This document shows positions 37,128 through 50,249 of a stretch of DNA of 64,000 nt, piece by piece (position 1 is the first letter of the stretch; each line of letters begins with the position of its first letter). The stretch covers positions 87,918,001 to 87,982,000 of the forward strand of contig NW_024704742.1 of NCBI RefSeq assembly GCF_018977255.1. The letters run 5' to 3'. A program made the translations under genes and the position numbers. Source of the stretch: Callorhinchus milii. Taxonomy: Eukaryota. A model generated the notes under the pieces. The model searched no databases. It worked only from the letters and a program-made list of their open reading frames with translations, and was not told the origin of the DNA.

Positions 37128-37976
37128 GCATTGTTTTAAATCTGGCATTATGTAGTTACACCAACATAAATAGCCACTAGATGGCAGCACTCCACTCCTG
37201 GGAAGTGGAATGTTCCTTTTCAGACCTGGATGGCTGTCGGCTTTGTTCCCCCGAAGCAGAGGTGAATGTGATAGTGATTGTAGCCACTAAAGGAGGCGTT
37301 TCAGACATTTTGTTATCTTAAGAAAATTTCAACTAATCGTGAGAAGGGACAGAAATCCACCCCCTCCCCTGCTAAAAATTAACTTTTTAACGATCGAGGG
37401 GCTAAGCTTCGTTGCTAAAGTTATTTTTTGTCTAAGGAAAGAGAAAATGTTGCTTCTCTTTGGAAGAATGTTGAGAAAGAAATATTAAATAACAAAACAT
37501 CCTTCGGATGAGATGTTAAACCAAGGTCCCATCTGCCTGTTCAGGTGGATGTTAAAGATCCCATGGCACTATTCAAAAAGAGAAGGGAGTTTCTCTTTCC
37601 CGGTTTCCTGGCCAACAATCCTCCAAAATAAAAAAAAAGGTCACTCACTCTATGGCTGTTTGTGGGACGTTGCTGTGCATAACTGGCTGCTGCATTTCAC
37701 CCACAAAATACACAATCAATCCACTTCAGAGTCTATCTGTGAAGCACTTTGAGACGTAATATGGCACTATTACAAGGATTATTATTATTACTAATAAAAT
37801 AATTTAAAAGTCACTCGCAGACCTAAGATTCACTATGACAATCACCTTCAGGGAGAACAAAAATGGTGGTGATCCAGGTCTATAAAGGAACATTCCACTC
37901 GTGGAAGGGCAGCACTGCCATCCAAGTAGCTGGTTGCACCGGTGTAGACTAACACAATGCAGGCTTAAACATTGCA
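37128..37976. mobile_element. Old foldback/MITE-like element with ~100-bp inverted arms and a Deu-SINE inserted at ~37500-37795
   Basis: 37204-37231 matches the reverse complement of 37872-37899 at 26/28 nt; similarity extends outward to ~37128 and ~37976. Confidence 0.65.
37172..37190 (+). promoter_or_regulatory. CTCF consensus motif AGCCACTAGATGGCAGCAC
   Basis: Matches the core CCASYAGRKGGCRS. Confidence 0.45.
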
Positions 37977-38423
37977 GACTTTACTCTACAACCACTGGAC
38001 TAACATGATAAAATAAACAGGACAACAACAACAACAAGATTGCATTTATAGAGCGCCTTTCACGTTGGGAGGACGTCCCAAGGCGCTGGGATGTCCTCCC
38101 AACGGGAGGACAGACAACGCATTACTTTGATTCCTTGAATTTTACAACTTGTTTGTGCCAAAGATACTCATGAATCACGACTTGTCGAACCCTCATGAAA
38201 GAACAGTTACACTTGCCATTATAGCACTAGTTTATTATCTCATTCACAATCCCCTTATAATTTTTGCTTTTTGATATCTACACAAATTCTATGAGATTGA
38301 GTAGATTTAAATGTCAAAATGTTTCAGCTACATATGTAACATTTTAACGGGAGGTGGAAGTGGTGGCAATTTGAAGCCTGACTCAAGTGCTCTGCAGGAA
38401 ACATTTGCCTATTATCTGCTTAC

Positions 38424-38466
38424 CTTTATCCATGTTATTTGGAGACATACCACTGAGGTCAGCAAA
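38424..38466 (-). CDS. RFX3: RFX3 43-bp exon
   Basis: tttcag| FADLSGMSPNNMDK(D) |gtaagc; compare RFX3 FGDLNAVSPGNLDK. Phase 0/1 fits the neighbouring exons. Confidence 0.92.
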
Positions 38467-39558
38467 CTGAAACACAAGGACATTACAATTATGAAACACG
38501 AGTCTCAGATCTGCGGGTGTTACAAATGCAGTGTTGTTTACAGCTATAAATTCTGAAATCCAGGGAAAGATTTTAAAAAAAAGATAAAGAGGTAATCTAT
38601 TCCACAGTGCTTATTTTTTTCCCCTTTCACCCACAAATATACAGTCAATTCACTTTACAGTGTATTCTGTGAAGCACTTTGAGACGTCTAGAAGACGTGA
38701 AAAGCGCTATATCAAATGCAAGGATTAGTATTATTATTTTATAAAGGAGTGCCACAGTGGCTAAAAAAGGCTCATCAGTCTAATTTTTCATTTAAAAATT
38801 CCCTCTCTAATCTTTTCTCTTTTAAGGCTACAGTTTCATTCTGGGTTGGGTGACATACATTCTATAGTACACGGTACTCACAAAGTCCTGTGACCCCCTG
38901 TGTTTTTTTCTTACAATGATTTTTTATTTTTGGTTGCAGATGAGTTGAGTGTAACAATGTCTGTTATCAGTAACTTCCTCGTTACTCCATCTATGTTATG
39001 GGAAGATGTCACAACGAACATGGCAATGGATCATTATCTGCCATGAAAATAATGGCATCCACACCGATCCTTTGGACATCTAAATACCGTTTCACACTTG
39101 TACTGAATACGATGAAGTTAATCTAAATACAATTAGCATTGTTCTTCCACATGTTGCAGTTGTTGGTAGAAAAAAAACATGAGAGTAATAGGGCTTTGTA
39201 CATTGTCCAATTGGGCCTAGACAATAAGTGTTGGCAGGCAATGGAGGTCAGCAAAGCCCAAATCTATCGTCACCTGTTGCTCAACAAATGCAATTTGCAG
39301 TGCAAACCCTGAAAAATATGTACCCTTCCTCACCCAGGAGAGCTGGGGTCAATTACAGCACTTCTACTATTAATGCAGTTGAGATTACCTATGTCAGCAG
39401 AGACTCGGGATCAAACATGTGCTTAAAGCCATTGCTAAAATCGCTGCTCTTAGTTCGAGAAATTTGTCTCAGGTTTCCAAACAAACTGATAAAAGTTTCC
39501 AGAAGTGTTTTTCTAATAACAAAATCCATTCTCAAGTTTGGGACTGCTAGTTGCTTAC

Positions 39559-39712
39559 CTCTCCCATCACTGCTATGGGTGTTTCCCCGGTAGCTTGGGC
39601 CACCCGATGTTCCACTAGATAAAACATGTACTCGTCGTAGAGCAAGCGTATTAGGTGAAAAGAACCAAAGCTTGCTGCACTCCGTAGAGTCAGATCTCGA
39701 ATAACCATGGAA
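39559..39712 (-). CDS. RFX3: RFX3 exon (dimerisation domain)
   Basis: ctaacag| (S)SMVIRDLTLRSAASFGSFHLIRLLYDEYMFYLVEHRVAQATGETPIAVMGE |gtaagc. 154 bp. Confidence 0.97.
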
Positions 39713-40019
39713 CTGTTAGAAAAGTAAAAGCTTGAATTCAGTGGGGCTATACAATCAACCACAACAACCACCTGCTTTTATAAAGCACCCTTCAATGTAG
39801 AAGGTCTCGGAGAGCTCCATCTTTACAAATGGCTCCATAGCTTCTCATCTCAATCTTTGGGTCTGTCCAAACACACAAAGGTCTATCGCACAAGCTGTGT
39901 AAACCATGTGGAAACAGCTGTATTTAACCTAACTTTTTATTCTGTGAAGCGCTTTGAGACGTCTCAACAATGTGATAAAGCGCTACATCAAATGCAAGGA
40001 TTATTATTACTATCATTAT

Positions 40020-40490
40020 AAGCTGTGAATTTTGTATATCTGGATGTTGTATATTTGGATTTCAGTGAGGCCTTTTATACCGTTCCTCATGAAAGGCTGG
40101 TACTGAAAATAAAGAAAGCGTAAACCAGAGGAAGTATCTTGCAATGGATATGTAATTGGCTGACCGATAGAACCCAGAAAGTGATGGTACAGGGAATATC
40201 ATCAGGCTGGGAGAATGTTACCAGTGGAATTCCACAAGGATCTATTTTGGGACCTCTTTTATTTAACATCTTCATAAACGATCTGGAGCTAGGAGTCACA
40301 AGCACAGTGGCTACATTTCCAGATGTGAAGCACTTTGCATTTCTCTATCTTAAATTTCATCTGCGATCGATCTGCCCAATTTCCAAGAATGTTCAAGTTC
40401 TCCTGTAACCTATCCTGTTCATCTTTGCAGTTTACCACCTTCATTAGCTATGTGTCACCTGCAAATTTAGCTACAGTGCTCATGACTCTG
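40020..40490. mobile_element. CR1 reverse transcriptase fragment with an internal inversion
   Basis: The + strand reads VYLDFSEAFYTVPH...SGIPQGSILGPLLFNIFINDL. The - strand (40488 to 40320) reads VAKFAGDT*...LQENLNILGNWADRSQMKFKIEKCKVLH. Confidence 0.85.
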
Positions 40491-42859
40491 CCCCAGCATG
40501 GTCTCCTCCAATACCTCATTTATAAAAATCTTATCCTCTCTAATACTTTGATGCATGGCCAGTTGCTCACTGAGACTGACAACTTCAGCCTTGAGTGCAA
40601 CCTGCTGCAATATACAAGGTATTCCATTTTCATTGAAGTTTAACTTTAAACAAAGCTGGTTAGGTTTTCTCATCTGCTTCTTATTAATTCCTGTTGATTC
40701 CTATTTCTATATTTCCGCTTATTTTGATATAAGCACTCCCTTCACCAAATTCCATCACTAAAGTCTCCACTCCTGTTCCCACCGCACACCATTCCCACCT
40801 CTTTCTATTTGGCTCACTGCTCCTAGGATCTGATTCCTTTATTATTGACCACCGAATAGGGTTTATAGGTGCAATTTTAGCATTTAAGCGTAATTTTATG
40901 TGGTGAAACACAGTAAAGTGTTGTCCTAATTGATGCCCTGTTTTTGCAAGCCAGAGTTGGTAATCATTCCCATTACATGACATTTTGACAACACATCACC
41001 CCATAGGAGGCTGGCTCATGCCAGATGGTGATCTACCCACTCTTCTGACCAGGGAAGCTGCGCAAGGCAAGAGAACCGAAGAGAGAAAAAAAAGGATATA
41101 AACAAACTTTCAACAAATAGCATCTTCCTGAAGAAAATTTATTTTAGTATTTAAATCAGCTATATTGAGCCAAGTCAAATACGGTGCATTTGAAAAAAGT
41201 GCTCGTCAGGAAAGTGGGAGCAGACGGTGCCTCAATGCCAAATAGAATCCCTCGGGTTGTAAAGTGTCTCCTGTAGGGAACCTCACGTATATCATGCTAA
41301 CCTGCCAGAACCTGCCTCTGAAGGAAATCTGAGTTGCCTATAGCAAAACGCACCCACTCACTTTGAAGGAAAAATATATTAGAGGCCAACCCTATTATAA
41401 CATGACCTTGCTTAAACGTGCTGTGAAATGTGATTATAGCAGAAATTATCTAAACTTTTGGTGCTAACTCACTTGGCTTCCTGCACACAGGCACAGAAGG
41501 CCTCCCAGGGTCCAGTGGTTTCCTAGCAAATCCCAAAAACACTCGCGAGGGTGATTGTCACCTTCATGTGTGCTGCACGCAGGAAATGACATCAGTGGCA
41601 ATGTTGCGGCAATTTGGAAGAACTGACCTGGGGATATTTTTATACTGTGCGTCACAAGCCTGGTCTCAAACAGAGGTTCAAACTTTTCAACTGAGATTTC
41701 TGTACGTTTCTTTATTAGCGCCAGTGGTAATTAGGAACAGAATGCTTTTGGAAAACCACAATCTTGATTCCATTAGCACATAAATGCCAATAGCACACAA
41801 GTGCTCCTTCCTTTTCATATTTCTACCTTATTGGTTTATTTGCAAAATGCTGAATGAGTTTCCTTTCAGTGTGCTGCATAATGGCCTAAAAAATCATCTC
41901 ATGATGTCAAGTGCTATTTGACAATGATTTCAGACATGATTCATCTGCTTTTACGCTCGAGTTATTGCACTGATCCTTTGCATTACAAGTACGTAGGCAG
42001 AAGGTTCATGTTCAGGCCATACATCATGTACAATTTCTTTCTGATAAGCTCAGGTTGAGCTGCTTGCTTAAGGGTTCTACACTTGATGCACTGACATTGA
42101 CATTTCTTAGACTGTGATACCTGTGTAATGTAAAACATAGTGTACTACAGGCATTCCAAAATCATGGACCATAGTCCAAAGCTCTTTGATTTAGATCATA
42201 GGGACCTCGCTGCCTCAATCCATGTTTCTGTCTATTTCAGGATGCAGCTAGCAAGCTGTAATATAAAATAATGTGCATTCGCCCACTTGGTTCAACTTCT
42301 GCTTGGCTGAAGTGGGGGAGGGAGGGTTTGAGCAAGCTTCATCAAGATTAATAGCAAGGCTGAGGAGAGAAGAAATAATTGTTTTTTTAAGGCACACTAC
42401 CATGTTAAAATGTCAACTATAATGATGGCCAACAGTCGCCAAATAAAATTGGTCACTCACTCCATGGCTGTTTGTGGGACATTGCTGTGCACAAAATAGC
42501 TGCAAAGTCTGCCCACAAAATACACAGTCACACCACTTTACGGTACATTCTGTGAAGCATTTTCATACCTCTCGACGTTGTGATAAGGCACTATGTCAAA
42601 TCCAAGGATTATTATGAAATGGCAACCACTTGTGCCAGGAAACTCCACAAACAAGTGAAAGACCAATACATCGGAAAGCCTGTTGGCTCGGACATTGGGA
42701 GAATCTTCTTTCTCTTTTCAAATAGTATCACAGGGTCTGTAATGTCCCATAATTGGAAGCAGGGCTTGGATGAATACAATGTTTGTCCATTTGATCACAT
42801 CTTTTCAGAGAGCTGACATTTACAGCATCCAATTATGTTTTAAATGAGTTGTTGCAACC

Positions 42860-43350
42860 TCCACCACTCTTGTTCCAGTTGTTAATTATCTTTTATCTCA
42901 AGAAATACTTTCAGGCCCTAAAATTGCCTTTCACAACCCTGAACTTGTGCTTGTCTGTCTGCTGCCTTGACATATCTGATAGTATTGTTCTGGGTTTATT
43001 TTTCCAATTTCATTTAACATCTTATGCATCTCTATAAAATCATCTCTGAAGACTATAGAATACTAGCTTGTCTAGTCATTCTCATATCTGATCCCTCTAA
43101 CACTAGGGATTATCCTTGTTGTTCTTCTCTGCATTGCCTCCATGACCTGTCATTCCCCTTATGTGTTGCCAACCAGAACTGTACACAGTACATTCTCGGT
43201 GAAGCTTAACCAGAGCATTGTGCAACTTGAGCACGACTTTTGGTGACCTGAATTCAATTGATCTGGCAGTATAGCCCAGCATTCTGTTTGCCTTGTTTAT
43301 TGCTGCTTCACACTGTTCGAACACAATGAGTGATGAGTCGACTAACATGG
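42860..43350 (-). mobile_element. CR1 ORF2 3' fragment
   Basis: QCEAAINKANRMLGYTARSIEFRSPKVVLKLHNALVKLH. Confidence 0.82.
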
Positions 43351-43825
43351 CTAGATATTTTTATTTCTCATGAGTTTCACATAGTTTACTGATGGGCTGT
43401 TTGTTTGCAACTCAGTGTGGGCATTGGCCAGTATAACAACAAAATGCCCCCAGGGAAGAAGCGGCGTTGAACTGTGAATAATGGGCAGGGGAGAATCACA
43501 GCTCCAGGAAGAAAGAAAGGAACAATACACCCGAGGGAGGCAGAGAGTATGGTGTGCAGAGCAGAAAGAAGGGAGAGTAAAAGTGACTAGGCGACTATAA
43601 TGTGCATTAAGAGTGAAAGGTTATGATTCTTAATAATAATAATGCTTACATTTGGTACCGTGCCTTTCACATTGGGATGATGTCCCAAAATGCTTCACAT
43701 GATATACTGTAGGGTGCAGTGACAGTGCGTTTTGTAGGCGAATATGGTAACCAATTTGCATACAACAATGACTTCAGATGATTCGTGCCAATGTAATGTG
43801 CTTTTATTTCTTGTCCTGGACTTAC

Positions 43826-44034
43826 CTGTAAAAGGACCATTTCAACAAGAATTGACGGGCAGCTTTGGGGAAGCTGGGGCTCCCTTCATATGGCTTCAGT
43901 ACTTGTGTTACCACATTGTCAAGCCAGGCAGCCCACTGCTCCAGAGTGCTCTGCTGTTGAAGAGTCATCTTGAAGTCCTGTTCCAGTCTTTGTACGGTGC
44001 TGTCATCACACTGACACACCCAGGAAGCCTGCTC
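43826..44034 (-). CDS. RFX3: RFX3 exon (dimerisation domain)
   Basis: tgacag| EQASWVCQCDDSTVQRLEQDFKMTLQQQSTLEQWAAWLDNVVTQVLKPYEGSPSFPKAARQFLLKWSFY(S) |gtaagt. 209 bp. Confidence 0.97.
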
Positions 44035-44729
44035 CTGTCACAGCACAAGAAACATTGGCTTTATATGTATTATTACCCTATTAGTAACAGACAGAGAGGC
44101 ACAGCTGTGTGACACAGTTGGAGGGGAAAAAAATCTTCAGTGCTCAGTTCTAGTAGGTTTCACTGCCACCAATGACCAGCTTAATTCTGTATATTAGGTA
44201 TGGACGCATAAATTGTCAGGTGTCTCACACAGGACATATAGTAATCCTTGCATTTGATACAGCACCTTATCAAGTTGTTGAGATTTCTCAAAGCACTTCA
44301 CTAATATATTGTAAAATGGATTGACTGTGTATGCTATATGCTGTTATGTATCAGAGCTAGATGGTGCCTACATGAGCGTTATGCTATTTAAACAGCTGCT
44401 CTGCCAATGCAAGATGCTGCATAGATAAACGTCGGCTCAAATACGAGCTCCTCAATTAGCAACCGTTCTCAAATAACAGATACTACTGCTGTAAGCGAGG
44501 CAAACCAAGAGTCCACCATACAAACACAGAACCTGTATAGATGGATTGTCAACATTTACATAATGCTTCTTGTGTGTGGGATGAGTTTTTCAGGGAGTTC
44601 CTTTTCAGATAGTTGTAGTGAACGGGAATATCTCTTTTCGGGGATACAAGTAAATCTCCCATCTCCCTTTCCCTGCCCCATGTTGTTTAGTTATTATTCT
44701 TTTCTTTAAAGTCCCTCTGAGTCACATAT

Positions 44730-45240
44730 AAGTTTAAACACACACAGACTTGCACTTGTACAGGCTTGAATACAAACTGGTTCAACATGTGCAAGCTTAA
44801 ACATGTGCAGGTTTAATATGCATAAGCTAAACATACACAAGCTTAAACAAACATGCACAGGCTTAAACAAACACACACAAGCTTAAACACACAGGCTTAA
44901 ACATGCACTGGTTGAACCCAGACGGGTTTACACACATACTGGTTGAACACCTGCAAGCTTAAACATGCGCAGTCTTATACACGCATAAAATGAATATACA
45001 CAGGCTTAAACAAACGCGCACAAGTTTAACAGACACGCACAGGCTTAAACAAACGCGCACAAGTTTAAACAAATGTTGACTGAACACATGCAGGTTTAAA
45101 TACACAAAGGCTTGAAACACAATGATACACTGGATTAGATGCACAGACTTCAACATGCCTAGTTTTCAACATGCACAAGCTTCATCAGGCACATGGGCTA
45201 AACATGCACAGCTGAACACATACACGGACTGAACATGTTC
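44730..45240. repeat. Degenerate ~16-bp minisatellite (gcttaaacatgcacag-like)
   Basis: Many tandem variants of ttaaac(a)tgcac(a/g)gc. Confidence 0.8.
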
Positions 45241-46435
45241 AAGGATCCCTGGCCCCTTGGTTTTCCCTTCCTCACCCAGATTTCTTTCTACTCAATAACC
45301 CTTTCCCACACAGTGACAATCTGGCTTTTATCACATGGAATCTTGAGAAGTTTCCATTTGAGCTGATTTCGCCCAATTACACCTGATCAACAGTGTTCAG
45401 CAAGTGCCCAACCCACAGTAATTTGTATTCTCCCACTACTAGGATTTGTATTCAAATGCAATTGAACAGAAAACTGTAGGTTTAGTTGATGAATAATTTC
45501 ACCTCATTATTTCAGGACTGGGGTATATCCAGCAGTAGTAACCACTGATTATTTATTCTTCTGGTTTTAGTCACTGCACTGCGCAAACATGTTACTGCAT
45601 GAAAAGGCTGCAAGTGGAGATTTTTTCAGAGTTCACATGCTGTAACACCTTGGTTACAGTCCTAAAGTGCTGGTTCTTGACAAAAATGAAACAATCAAAG
45701 GTTTTAAACTTGGCGAGAAAATCAGCAGGATGGGTATAGATTTTTGTGCTAAATCAGAGAGGGAGTTTTATAAAATAAGGAAACCTTGAAATAAATATGT
45801 ATGAAGGTTTTGAACCTTAGAGAATAGCGTTAACAACTTTGTGTAGTGAATGCATTAAAACTTCATTACAATAGATTTTCTCTATGTCGCTAGCTGTGGA
45901 GTGGCAGCCGACATTTACCTCATCAAAAAATCCATAATGTGGAGTGCTGACTCCATCAAAGCTTCAAAACACTGGCAGGTGTGCATGAGAGAAGCTAAAC
46001 AGCTGACTTCAGGGTCAACTGGTTGTCACTGCTATCACGTTGTGTGCACTGTGCAGCGCGTAGGAAGTCATGGGGAGGGGTGCAACATAATATAGTAATA
46101 TAATAATCCTTGCAATTGATATAGTGTCTGTCTTATCACATCAACGAGATGTCTCAAAGTGCTTCATAGAATGTCCTACAAGTCGGACATTTTGACCCAT
46201 TGGCTAAAAAAAGGGCTGACTTCTGGGTCAGGCGATTGCTGCCGAAGTCACTTCCTATAAGTTCCAAATCCCAATGTGGGCCTTGAACAACACCCTTCTG
46301 ACTCAGAGGTGACAGTGTTAGCAACTGAGCCAGACTGATATTGTGGTGGGAAGTATTTAATTATGCCATGTAAGTGTGCACCCAGCTGACACGTGTTCAG
46401 TTATGTGACACTGTTAGAGACCTCCCAACACTTAC

Positions 46436-46585
46436 CTGGACATTGGCGAAGTCTACACGATTGAGGTCACTGAGCATCTGGTTAATTTGAGATGTGTTTT
46501 GCAGCACAGCTCGAGCAGCTTGAGCCAAATGATTGAGGGATGTGTATCTACGCAGCGTCTGAGCAAAGGCACTTACAGCTCCAAC
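46436..46585 (-). CDS. RFX3: RFX3 exon
   Basis: ctggtag| VGAVSAFAQTLRRYTSLNHLAQAARAVLQNTSQINQMLSDLNRVDFANVQ |gtaagt. 150 bp. Confidence 0.97.
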
Positions 46586-47574
46586 CTACCAGAAAACAGG
46601 TGAGATGGTTAAAGCAAGTGACAGAAAGCTCTAGACTGATTCTGGACTCCCATCTTCACCCTGCCTGATAACATTATGACATCTTTTTTCATCCTCTAAG
46701 CAGGCATAATTCATGCACCTGATGATACTTATAGTCTGTTTATGTTGTGCACTCTCAACTGTTCCTTCTTACCCACCTCTCCCTGATTTCCCCTCTTCAT
46801 TACGGTACTATACCGTTGTTAGCTGCTTTGTTTGTCCGCAGTCAATTTTCATCTCAGTAGCATTCATTGGCCAGATATAAATCTAGTGTTTACTTTAAAA
46901 ATAAAAATACGGAATGAATTTTTGATATCAGGACAGGAATCCAGAATAAGAACTGATCAGTCTGTCAGAAAAATCCTAAAAGCTGAAATTCTTAAAACAC
47001 GAGAAACATTGAATCCAAATAATAATTCTGTGCTCCAGCAGTTGATAGCAAATTGTAGGTCACTGAGAGCACAATTATTCATCTCCCTGTGGTGCCAAAG
47101 CTGCTAGAAAATTGTACAATGAGGGCACAACAGCACTGTGAACCCTCCCACTAGTATGAGGGTATGCGCACTCACTGTAAACACCTCAACCCTGTCAGAA
47201 CAGAATTCCCATGTGCTCCACACATTGTCCCAAAACAACATCTAACGCAGACGAAAAGCAGGAAGTTATAATCCTTCAGTATTGTATATTATAAAGAATA
47301 TACAGAATTGTTTATTGTAGCAGAGAAACTTGTAACAATGATGCAACAAGCTGTAAAGTATCAATTTCCGTGCAGATGAGATTTAGACCAGAATACTAAT
47401 ATTAATCTTAAAATACACATTTACTTTGAAAAACATCTCAATTGACTACTTTGTGGATTAAGTTAAGTATTTAATTCAATCCCTCTGTCTGCTCTCCCAT
47501 TTAAGATTTCTCTGCCAGTTTCACATCACTGTATGATCCTATTTGCTGTCCGTCTGTTAGTTTGTTTACAGACA

Positions 47575-48720
47575 AGGGTCAACTTCCACATGTATACAGA
47601 TGACGCCTGACTCTATCTCTCTGCCTCCACCCTTAATTCCAGGACAACTGACTTCCTGACAGACTGTCTGTCAGGCATCAAGTCCTGAATGAGAGCCAAC
47701 TTTATACAGTTGAATGTCAGCAAGACCGAGGCCCTCCTGTTTGGCTTGTGCCAGCGCCTCCGCACCTCAGGCACTAACAGCATCAGCATCCACGGTTCCA
47801 CACTCCACCTCACCAAGCCAGTCAGGAACCTGGGCGTCTCGTACGACCCTCAACTCTCCTTTCCCCCCATATCCGTGCCATGACCCGCTCTGCCTTCTCT
47901 CAACTCCTCAACATTGCCCGACTTCCCCACTGCCTCACCCCTCAGGCCCTCGAAACCTCATACAACCGTTCGTCACCTCAAGGCTCGACTACGGAAACTC
48001 CCTCCCTGTCAGCCTTCCCAACTCTTCCCTCCACAAGCTGCAGATCATTTAGAACTCTGCAGCTCGTGTCCTCTCCTGCACCAGGCTCCGTGACCCCATC
48101 TCCGCCACCCTCGCCCGGCTCCACTGGCTTCCCAGCCCCAGAGGATAGAAATCAAAACCCTCGTCCTCACTTTCAAGGCCCTCCACTGCCTTGCCCCCTC
48201 CTACATCTCTGAGCTGCTGACCCCCTATCAACCTGTCTGCTCCCTTCATTCTGCAGACTCCGGCCTGCTCCATGTCTCTTATCCTATCCTTCAGAGGATC
48301 CAGTTCAAGATCCTGGTCCTCACCTACAAAGCCCTCCATGGTCTCACCCCACCCTATCTCTGTGACCTCCGGACCCCCCCACTCCCTCCGCTCAGCCGGC
48401 TCTGGCCTGCTCCATGTCCCCTGACCCACCCGCCCCACCATTGGCGGGAGAGCCTTCAGCCACTCTGCCCCCAACCTCTGGAATTTCATCCCCCAATCAC
48501 TCCCCCTCAACCCCTCCTTAGCTTCCTTCAAGTCCCGCCTCAAGACCCTCCTCTTCAACAATGCCATTAGCCACCCCCCTTCCCCTCCCCTCCCTTCTCC
48601 CCACTGACCCCAGCTCGGGTCTGAAATGCTGTACACTGTCCAGCGCCTTGGGACGTCCTCCCGATGTGAAAGGCGCTATACAAATGTAATCTTGTTGTTG
48701 CTGTTGTTTGTTGTTGTTTG
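47575..48720 (+). mobile_element. L2 3' portion (two joined pieces) with an intact (GTT)n tail
   Basis: YTDDA, LNVSKTEALLFG, VTSRLDYGNSL and RAFSHSAPNLW motifs; tail gtgaaaggcgctatacaaatgtaatcttgttgttg. Confidence 0.9.
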
Positions 48721-49651
48721 TTTAGTGTTGTGCCAGATGTTAATCACTGGATGATTCAGTGAAATCACGGAGGATAGTTTAGTCAGTGTTTAGTGAGATA
48801 GAATGTGATTTTTGTGTCAACATAGTCTGAAAGCTAGCCGAGAAGTGAGTCATCAGAATGTACTTATGACAGATGCATTCTGCATTTTGCATTCTGGCTT
48901 CATATCAGTCACCTGGATTCAGCAATCTCTGGATTTGCACAGTTGCCACAGACCTATCAAAGAAAGCGCACTCACTCTCAAATCAAATATACTGGCTGTA
49001 GCAGTGAGAAAGTCATGCCAGGCCACAAATCACAGGTCATAAAAAAACTATGTGACGTGCAATCCAAACACTATATTTCATAGATAAAATGATGATCTAA
49101 GCTACTTTGTAGACTAGTTTCAAGCTACAGAAGTTAACAAAGAAACATCCTGTAAATAAGGTCAATGCTGAATTTTATGGCATTTCATTACTATGAAGGG
49201 AACAATCCGATCAGCAGGTTACTCTGCAATAGTTCAGAATTAGCATAATAAATGCTCAAGGAGATAAAATAATCTGTGAGATACATTAAACCAGATTTTC
49301 ATCACAGGACTGGAAACATATTCTCAGACCTTTTTTTAAAAAAAAGCACCCACAGAGATCAAAATTCATTTTTAAAAAGCTTTAAAAGTCACACAAATGC
49401 CACGCCACTTATCATAAATAGAATATGGAGAAATGTCCTTTATGCATCGCAACATCATACGCCTGAATGTTAGGTGCAAAGAAAGGCTGAAGTAACATTT
49501 ATTCAATGTTTATCAAAAAAGTGTAATGAATGAACTACATAATACAACATACCTGAAATCCATCCTAGAAAACCTTGTAACTTCTAAGCTCTATAGCTGT
49601 GTGAATTTGCAATTGTATTTGGTTTGGTCTGTGACATTTCCAAGCACTTAC

Positions 49652-49749
49652 CTTGGTGCGAACCATTTGCTGTGGAATATTGTTCATGGCATTTGTCAGC
49701 CATCCTTCGAGGCTTTTTGCAAAATTGCGAATGGCTTGGGTCAAGGCAC
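49652..49749 (-). CDS. RFX3: RFX3 exon
   Basis: ttgttag| (S)ALTQAIRNFAKSLEGWLTNAMNNIPQQMVRTK |gtaagt. 98 bp. Confidence 0.97.
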
Positions 49750-50249
49750 CTAACAATGGTTTAGAAAAACACACAAAAATAAGGTCTGTAAAAATTAGCA
49801 TTAGATATTATTTTAAGTAGTTTAAACTGTTTGCTTTGCACAGAGGTCTTTCACTCATTGCTCCAACCTAGGGTTTTAGATACAGAAGAAAGAATCATTC
49901 ATCTACTTTGTAGGAACTTCATGATGTGAGTGCAGCATCCTCAATACAACCATGAACCAGCTTATGTTGGATCACTGACTATGGGAAGCATGGGCAATTT
50001 ATCATAGTGTTATGATTTTGGCATGCGTTGATATGTTTGATGCTCAGACACCCACTTGCTATAAAGGCTGAGTGGCGGCCCATTTTCTCCACATTCAAGT
50101 TACTACCCAAAAACGTAACACGCTGCTTGCAAGACCTAAAGGAATTAGTTGTGACTATATCGCCTCAAGTGCAATTGAAGCTGCATTTTATATGTGGAGA
50201 ATCCATAGCGCCATATGTAGAGAACCACTACAGGTTTGACTCCTACCTG

